A stretch of DNA of 64,000 nucleotides, taken from positions 128,001 through 192,000 of the forward strand of contig CAWDVE010000013.1 of the NCBI GenBank assembly GCA_963805625.1, in the 5' to 3' direction. This stretch comes from an uncultured Candidatus Rokubacteria bacterium (lineage in GTDB: Bacteria; Methylomirabilota; Methylomirabilia; Rokubacteriales; DASRDR01). The notes beneath the pieces were generated by a model. That model saw only the letters and a list, made by a program, of their open reading frames with translations, was not told where the DNA came from and ran no database searches. The translations under genes and the position numbers were made by a program. Within the stretch, counting starts at the first letter, position 1; each line of letters opens with the position of its first letter. This document shows, in pieces, positions 58,123-64,000 of this stretch.

Positions 58123-58962
58123 TCAAGCGGGCCGGGCGCGCTCGCCCCGCACCCCCGGCGCCTCGCCATGCCCCCTCCCATGAAGGACGCCCATTTCCTC
58201 GAAGATCCGGTAGATACGTTCCGCCTGCTCCCCGAGCTCTGGCGCCTCGCCCAGGGCGAGCGGGCGCGGACGCTCGAGGTCAATCTTCACCTCTCGTACG
58301 ATACGCCCCGGTGATGGCGACATCACGAGGACCCGGTCGGACAGACCTACGGCCTCCTCCACGCTGTGGGTGATGAACAGGACCGTTTGACGCTCGGAGA
58401 GCCACAGCTGCTCCAGGTCGAACCGGACCTGGAGCCGGGTCAGCGCGTCGAGGGAGCCGAACGGCTCGTCCATCAGGAGGACGGAGGGGCTGTGCACCAG
58501 CGCCCGCGCCAGCGACACCCTCTGACGCATGCCGCCGGATAGCTGCCGGGGATACCGCATCCGCGCGTGGGCGACCCCGAGCTGCTCCAGCAGCTCGTCA
58601 GCGCGGCGCCGCACCTCGCGCATGTCCAGACGCCGGACCCGTCCCTGCAGCAGCACGTTGTCCAGCGCGTTTCTGAACTCGAGCAGGAGGTCGTCCTGAA
58701 AGACGATCCCGACGTCGGTCAGCGGCGAGTCGAGCCGCTTGCCCGCCACCCGAATCTCGCCGCTCGTCGGGTCGAGCAGGCCGGCAGTCATGAGCATGAG
58801 CGTGCTCTTCCCGCACCCGCTCGGCCCGACCACGCTGACGAACTCGCCGGCTTCGATGCGGACGGAGAGCTCCGTCAGGGCATGGAACGGACGCTCCCCA
58901 TCGGCCTCGAACGCCTTCGTGACGCGGTCGATGTCGATTGGCTCACCGCGCTGGCTCACCAT
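58123..58962 (-). CDS. NitT/TauT ABC transporter ATP-binding protein
   Basis: GPSGCGKS, LSGGMRQR, MDEPF, ITH. Confidence 0.93.
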   Translation of the reverse strand: MVSQRGEPIDIDRVTKAFEADGERPFHALTELSVRIEAGEFVSVVGPSGCGKSTLMLMTAGLLDPTSGEIRVAGKRLDSPLTDVGIVFQDDLLLEFRNALDNVLLQGRVRRLDMREVRRRADELLEQLGVAHARMRYPRQLSGGMRQRVSLARALVHSPSVLLMDEPFGSLDALTRLQVRFDLEQLWLSERQTVLFITHSVEEAVGLSDRVLVMSPSPGRIVREVKIDLERPRPLALGEAPELGEQAERIYRIFEEMGVLHGRGHGEAPGVRGERARPA

Positions 58963-58988
58963 CGCCCGGACGCTCCGACCCGGACCGA

Positions 58989-60035
58989 CTACCGGATGGG
59001 ACAGGGCGTCCGCAACGTGCCTGGCAGAGCTTCGTACGTGTAGTACTGGGAGCCGGGCACCTCGGTCGGCAAGCCGAGCACCTGCTGCGCCACGCCGACC
59101 GTCCGGGTCCAGGCCTCCGGTTCCGCCTTCCCGACGTACTTCGCTCCGTTGCTGCAGAATAGTGTAATGGCCGCTTTCAGCTCGGCGAGATTCCGTGCGG
59201 GGTCCGTGTCCGCAGGGAACGTCTTCACCAAGGCTTTGATGGCGTCGTCCGGACGTTTGATCGCGCCGTCCCAGCCCTCCAAGCTCGCGTCGATGAACTT
59301 CTTGACGATATCCCCGTGCTGGGCGAGGAAGGAGTTCGACGCGATGATCGAGGTGCTGACCGTCGCCACACCGTGGTCGGCGAACGGGAAGCTGAGCACC
59401 TCCACCCCTCGCTGCTGAAACAGGATGTCGTAGTTGTCGAGCGAGCCCAGCATCGCATCGACTTGCTTCTGGAGCAGCGTCGCGATCATCGCGTTGCCGG
59501 GCATGTTGACGAGCTTGACGTCGCTCTCCGACAGCCCGTTCGCCTTGAAGAGAATCGGGATCATCGCAGTCTGTGACTGCCCGGTGGGGACCGCCACCGA
59601 GTGTCCCTTCAGCGCCTGGATCGACTTGATCCCCGACGAGGCCAGCACCGTCACTGCGTTCGGGTTCGACTGGTAGATCGTGGACACGACCTTCATCGGG
59701 GCGCCCTTGGCGATCAGCTGCATCACTGCCAGAGCGTCCGCGTACCCGAGGTCAGATTTGCCGGAGGCGACCAGCTGCGCGGTGGTCCCGGAGCCCTGTC
59801 CTTTCACGAGCGTGACGTCCAGACCCGCGCGCTTGTAGGCACCCTCCTGGAGCGCCAGGGCGAAGCCGGAGTTGTAGCCGCCGGCCGTGAAGTTCAGCTG
59901 GAACGAGATGGGCACAGGAGTTTGGGCGAAGGCCAGCCGTCTTGGCGCAGGCACGACTGTGACGGAGGCCGCGATTGACAGGGCCACCGCGACCAGGGCG
60001 ATGCGACTGCTTCGTCTCCAAGGTGAGCGATCCAT
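58989..60035 (-). CDS. NitT/TauT (NMT1/THI5-like) substrate-binding protein
   Basis: Signal peptide, GAYKRAGLDV, GQGSG; AGGAG RBS. Confidence 0.85.
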   Translation of the reverse strand: MDRSPWRRSSRIALVAVALSIAASVTVVPAPRRLAFAQTPVPISFQLNFTAGGYNSGFALALQEGAYKRAGLDVTLVKGQGSGTTAQLVASGKSDLGYADALAVMQLIAKGAPMKVVSTIYQSNPNAVTVLASSGIKSIQALKGHSVAVPTGQSQTAMIPILFKANGLSESDVKLVNMPGNAMIATLLQKQVDAMLGSLDNYDILFQQRGVEVLSFPFADHGVATVSTSIIASNSFLAQHGDIVKKFIDASLEGWDGAIKRPDDAIKALVKTFPADTDPARNLAELKAAITLFCSNGAKYVGKAEPEAWTRTVGVAQQVLGLPTEVPGSQYYTYEALPGTLRTPCPIR

Positions 60036-60073
60036 GTGCGATCTCCTTGTCTGGAGTGTGCTGGGAAGGACAT

Positions 60074-60901
60074 CTACTCCCGCGCGCGCATCCACGGCAT
60101 AGCGAAGTACCCCAGCATCTCGATGAGGTAGTTGAGGCCGAGACCGATGACCGTGAGGATCAGCAGGATGGCGAAGATGAGCGGAGTGTCCAGTACACCG
60201 GTCGCGACCAGGAGCTGGTAGCCGAGTCCGGAGTTCGACCCGACGAACTCCGCGACGATGGCCGCCGTGGCTGCGATCGTCGCGGCTGTCTTGAGCCCCG
60301 AAAAGATCACGTGGAGCGCGCTCGGGAACCGCACGTGCCAGAAGGTCTGCCACGCCGAGGCGCCCATGGATCGAGTCAGGTACAGAAGCCGCGTGTCCAG
60401 CGCCTGGAAGCCGGCGATACTGGCCAGGAGGAGCGGAAAGAACGTGAGCAGGACCGTCAGGAGGACCTTCGACTGGATCCCGAATCCAAACCATACGAGG
60501 AACAGCGGCGCGATCGCGATCTTTGGCACCAGCTGGATGAAAACCAGCACGGGGTACGCGAGGCGCCGTGCCAGGAGCGACAGGGCCAGCAGGAGTCCCA
60601 GGGGAATGCTCAGCACGACGGTGATGGCGAACCCGAAGAGGATCTCGCGCAGGGTGATCATGGCGTTGGCCCACAGCGCGTGCCGGGCCTGGATCAACCG
60701 GGGGATGACCGCCTGCGGCGCCGGAACGAGGTAGTCGGGGATCCGGAAGATGGACACCAGGGCGGCCCAGATTGCGATCAGCCCCACGAACGTCAGCACC
60801 GGAGCGAAGCCCCAGGCGATGCGGCGCACCCGCGATCCCCGGCGCACGACGGGCGGAACCGGAACATCCGCGCTCACCACCGACCGGACGTCCGTCGCCA
60901 T
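60074..60901 (-). CDS. NitT/TauT ABC permease
   Basis: PKIAIAPL, RSMGAS, VAEFVG-GLG. Confidence 0.92.
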   Translation of the reverse strand: MATDVRSVVSADVPVPPVVRRGSRVRRIAWGFAPVLTFVGLIAIWAALVSIFRIPDYLVPAPQAVIPRLIQARHALWANAMITLREILFGFAITVVLSIPLGLLLALSLLARRLAYPVLVFIQLVPKIAIAPLFLVWFGFGIQSKVLLTVLLTFFPLLLASIAGFQALDTRLLYLTRSMGASAWQTFWHVRFPSALHVIFSGLKTAATIAATAAIVAEFVGSNSGLGYQLLVATGVLDTPLIFAILLILTVIGLGLNYLIEMLGYFAMPWMRARE

Positions 60902-60904
60902 GCG

Positions 60905-62434
60905 TCACTCGGCTGCGAACAGATCCGGCGCCATCGGTCGAAGGTCCGGGCTCACGCGAACCGGAAACTCGACGTGGGCGAGCACGTCCTTCCGGACGTC
61001 GAGACCCGGCGCCACCTCGACGAGCACCATCCCGTCGCGCTCCCGGCGGAAGACCGCCCGCTCCGTCACGTAGAGCGCCTCCTGCCCCTTCTTGACGGCC
61101 GCCTCCCCGTTGAACGTGATGAGCTCGACGTCCGCAACGAACCGGCGGATCTGACCTTCCCGCTCGATCCGGAGGCCAGCCGGGCCGACCGACGTGCGCA
61201 GGCCCTTGGCGGTCAGCGTCCCGCAGAACACGATCTTTCGCGCCGCGTGGACGATGTTGATGAACCCGCCGGAGCCCGGCATCATGCCGCCGAACCGAGC
61301 GACGTTCACGTTCCCGAACCGGTCGACCTCGCCGAACGACAGGCAAGCCACGTGGATGCCGCCGCCGTCGTACCAGTCGAAGACCTGCAGGGAATCGATG
61401 ATCGCCTCGGGACCCACCGCCACGCCGCCGACCGCGGGCAGCCCGCCGATCGGACCTTGCTCGATGGTGAAGGTGATCTGCTGGGCGACGCCTCGCAGGG
61501 CGGCCACGTGCGGCACCACGTACATCGGGATGCCCGCCCCCAGATTCACGACGTTGCCGGGCCGGAACTCCTGCACGGCTCGACGGGCGATGACCACCTT
61601 CTCGTCGAGCGGCAGTCGAGCCGGGCGGACCGGCGCGCGTATCTCGCCGCTCATCGTCGGGTCGTGCTCGTCCTCGTACTCCTCGGAGGCCACCACGACG
61701 TAGTCCACGAGGGGGGCCGGGATGACCACGGCGCGGGGGTGCAGCGAGCCGGTCGCCGCGGTTCGCGTCACTTCGGCGATGACCGTGCCCCCGGAGTTCC
61801 TGGCGGCCATCGCCAGGTAGAGCACGCCCAGCGTGAACGGGTTGCGCTCGAGGGACACGTTCCCCTGCTCATCGGCCGTGGTGCCCTTGACCAGGGCCAC
61901 GTGGACCGGCTCACGGGGATAGAAGAGGGACTCCTCACCGCCCAGCGTTACCACCTGGGCCAGCGGCTCCCGAGTCCTGGGGTTCAGCCGCCCGCCCTCG
62001 CGACGGGGATCGACAAAAGTGTCGATGCCGACGGGCGTCACCAGGCCAGGGCTCCCCGCCGCAATCGCGCGCATCCACGCAAAAATGGTCCCCATCGGCA
62101 GGTTGTACGCTTCGACCTCGTTCCTCGTGACGAGGACATTGAGCTCCTTATCGGCATCCCGGCTGTACGAACCCCCGATCACACGCCGCATCATTCCGGG
62201 CCGGGCCAGACGGTTGACGCCGGTGCCCTTGCCCCCACTGCCGGCCCGGGCGCGCTCTGACATGATGGGGTAGATGACCTGGAGTCCTCGCGGGTGTCCC
62301 TCGGCGACGAACCGTGATTCGAGCGCCGCCAGGATCGACTCTGCCTCGAGGCGATAGGTGTTCCCCGAGAGGACGACCGTCGCCTCATCGTGGATCCGCG
62401 CGGCCGCCTCTGCCGCGCTGACGAAAGAGGCCAT
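60905..62434 (-). CDS. YdiF/Pct-type family I CoA transferase (copy 1)
   Basis: VGIDTFVDPR, GTTADE-GN, NLGAG, TIEQG catalytic Glu, GGFINI, YVTER. Confidence 0.9.
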   Translation of the reverse strand: MASFVSAAEAAARIHDEATVVLSGNTYRLEAESILAALESRFVAEGHPRGLQVIYPIMSERARAGSGGKGTGVNRLARPGMMRRVIGGSYSRDADKELNVLVTRNEVEAYNLPMGTIFAWMRAIAAGSPGLVTPVGIDTFVDPRREGGRLNPRTREPLAQVVTLGGEESLFYPREPVHVALVKGTTADEQGNVSLERNPFTLGVLYLAMAARNSGGTVIAEVTRTAATGSLHPRAVVIPAPLVDYVVVASEEYEDEHDPTMSGEIRAPVRPARLPLDEKVVIARRAVQEFRPGNVVNLGAGIPMYVVPHVAALRGVAQQITFTIEQGPIGGLPAVGGVAVGPEAIIDSLQVFDWYDGGGIHVACLSFGEVDRFGNVNVARFGGMMPGSGGFINIVHAARKIVFCGTLTAKGLRTSVGPAGLRIEREGQIRRFVADVELITFNGEAAVKKGQEALYVTERAVFRRERDGMVLVEVAPGLDVRKDVLAHVEFPVRVSPDLRPMAPDLFAAE

Positions 62435-62449
62435 GATCCGTGCCCCCCC

Positions 62450-63214
62450 CTAGCCTTGTCTCTCGGGGGCCTTGCGGCTCCGGAAGGCGCGGATGCGTGC
62501 CTCGCGGTCCGGGAACGAATAGCAGAGCGAGATCAGCTCTCGCTCGAAGTCCACACCCACCTCGGGGCTCGTCCGATCAGCCATGCGCAGCGCGGCCTTG
62601 AGAAAGACGAGGGCCTCGAGGCGGTTCCGGGCAATCAGCGCCGCGATCCGCTCGGTCTCGGCTTCCAGGCTCGCATCAGGCACAAGGAAGTCGACGAGGC
62701 CCATCGCCTTGGCTTGCGTCGCGTCGATGCGCTCGCCCGTGTACAGGAGGTACGCGGCCATGCCACGGCCGACCAAACGCGGGAGGTACTGGGTTCCACC
62801 CGCGCCGGGGATCCATCCGAGGGTCACCTCGGGTAACCCAAACTGCGCCGTCTCGGAGGCGATGCGGAGATCGCAGGCGAGGGCCAGCTCCAGCCCTCCC
62901 CCCAGGGCGTATCCTCGGACCATCGCGACAACAGGCTTCGAGCAGCGCCGGAGGAGATGGGGCGCCTCCATCTCGACGCTGTCCCGCTTTTCCACGGGAG
63001 TCCGTCCTGTCGTCTCGTAGATGTCGCTGCCCGCGGAAAAGGCCCGGACCCCGGCGCCGCGCACGACGGCGACCCGGACCTCGGGATCGTGGTTGATCGT
63101 TTCCACATGGCGAGCCAGCAACTGCCGCATGCCGTCCGTCATGGCATTCAGTTTCTCGGGGCGATTGAGGGTCAGCGTCGCCACCCCGTCCCTTGCGTCG
63201 TAGACCAAGTCCAT
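62450..63214 (-). CDS. Enoyl-CoA hydratase/isomerase
   Basis: LNRPEKLNA, FSAGSD, GGGLE, LPE (both catalytic Glu present). Confidence 0.9.
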   Translation of the reverse strand: MDLVYDARDGVATLTLNRPEKLNAMTDGMRQLLARHVETINHDPEVRVAVVRGAGVRAFSAGSDIYETTGRTPVEKRDSVEMEAPHLLRRCSKPVVAMVRGYALGGGLELALACDLRIASETAQFGLPEVTLGWIPGAGGTQYLPRLVGRGMAAYLLYTGERIDATQAKAMGLVDFLVPDASLEAETERIAALIARNRLEALVFLKAALRMADRTSPEVGVDFERELISLCYSFPDREARIRAFRSRKAPERQG

Positions 63215-63254
63215 CTGGTGTCGGCTCCTCTGATCACCTGGCGCGCCCGCGGGA

Positions 63255-64000
63255 TCACCCCGCGATCGAAGCGCCTCCATCAACGACGAGGTTCTGTCCG
63301 GTCACGAACTCCGACTCCGGCGAGGCGAGGAAGACCGCGCATCCGGCCACATCCTCGGGCGTCCCCAGACGGTGGTAGGGGGTCCGGCGGCGCATCTCCT
63401 CGAGCTTTCCGGCCGCGGCCACCTCGCGAGTGGCATCGGTCACGATGAATCCGGGGCAAATCGCATTGACGGCAACCCCATGCGGCCCCGCCTCGACCGC
63501 GAGCTGGCGGGTGAGGCTCGACACCCCGCCCTTGGCGGCGCAGTAGTCGGCGCGCCCGGGTGCCACTCCCTGGATGGCCAGCCTCGATGAGATATTGATG
63601 ATCCGGCCCCCCTGGCCTTGCTGGATCAGCTGCCGCAGCGCCGCCTGGCATCCGAACCAGACCCCGGTCAGGTCGACCGAGATCACCCGGAGCCACTCCG
63701 CCTCCGTCTTCTCGACGGCCGGGCTCAACGTGGACTGAATGCCCGCATTGTTGACCATGACGTGAAGGGCCCCAAACTCCGCGACGGCGCGTCCCACGAG
63801 GGCATCCACATCCGCCCGCCGCGTCACATCCGTCGCCACGAAGGCCGCGCGCCCACCCTCGGTTCGGATGGCTTCCGCGGTCGGAGCCGCTCCGTCAGCC
63901 GGGTGCTCCCGGACGTCACCGATCGCCACGGCCGCGCCTTCACGGGAAAACGCGAGCGCGATGGCCCGTCCCAGGCCCGAGGTCCCGCCGGTCACGACGG
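63255..64000 (-). CDS. SDR family oxidoreductase (start just outside window)
   Basis: TGGTSGLG, NNAG, YCAAK, CPG, VDGG. Confidence 0.9.
   Translation of the reverse strand, partial: VVTGGTSGLGRAIALAFSREGAAVAIGDVREHPADGAAPTAEAIRTEGGRAAFVATDVTRRADVDALVGRAVAEFGALHVMVNNAGIQSTLSPAVEKTEAEWLRVISVDLTGVWFGCQAALRQLIQQGQGGRIINISSRLAIQGVAPGRADYCAAKGGVSSLTRQLAVEAGPHGVAVNAICPGFIVTDATREVAAAGKLEEMRRRTPYHRLGTPEDVAGCAVFLASPESEFVTGQNLVVDGGASIAG

Noticed and set aside
1-64000. Many long Arg/Pro/Gly/Ala-rich ORFs overlapping real genes (e.g. 420-1694, 6909-8867, 22473-24920, 59975-62260)
   Set aside because: Shadow ORFs expected at this GC content; no recognisable motifs
1-64000. CRISPR arrays, tRNA, rRNA, IS elements, prophage, Sec/Pyl read-through
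   Set aside because: No regularly spaced repeats, cloverleafs, transposase or integrase motifs, or in-frame stops in conserved domains seen by eye; small RNAs could have been missed

Overview
High-GC (roughly 70% by eye) bacterial chromosomal segment. The gene repertoire (orphan ABC_sub_bind protein, Zn-ribbon-cyclase-STAND-TPR proteins, many Dpp and NitT/TauT transporters) resembles Ca. Rokubacteria/Methylomirabilota; this is an inference. No rRNA, tRNA, CRISPR array, integrase or transposase was recognised. Main content: a Dpp-type ABC + DgcA-like flavoenzyme + SoxB-like oxidase + M24 + Co-type nitrile hydratase cluster (5.1-19.4 kb); ycbB-ycbK; DNA polymerase II; a GAF-GAF-GGDEF cyclase; aroC; a metC-aminotransferase-cupin-LarA-like operon; msrA; a 10-kb minus-strand catabolic operon with two YdiF-type CoA transferases; three type II toxin-antitoxin modules; and several internally deleted pseudogenes. 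Best leads: (1) an unannotated signal-peptide uORF ending in RAPP (candidate ribosome-arrest peptide) upstream of a secreted DUF1344 gene; (2) a ~260-nt multi-hairpin intergenic RNA inside the ABC/flavoenzyme operon; (3) three tiny ORFs (39, 35, 9 aa) forming part of an unbroken chain of seven RTGA-coupled ORFs; (4) two uncharacterised catabolic pathways. All functional calls come from motif recognition by eye, not database searches.
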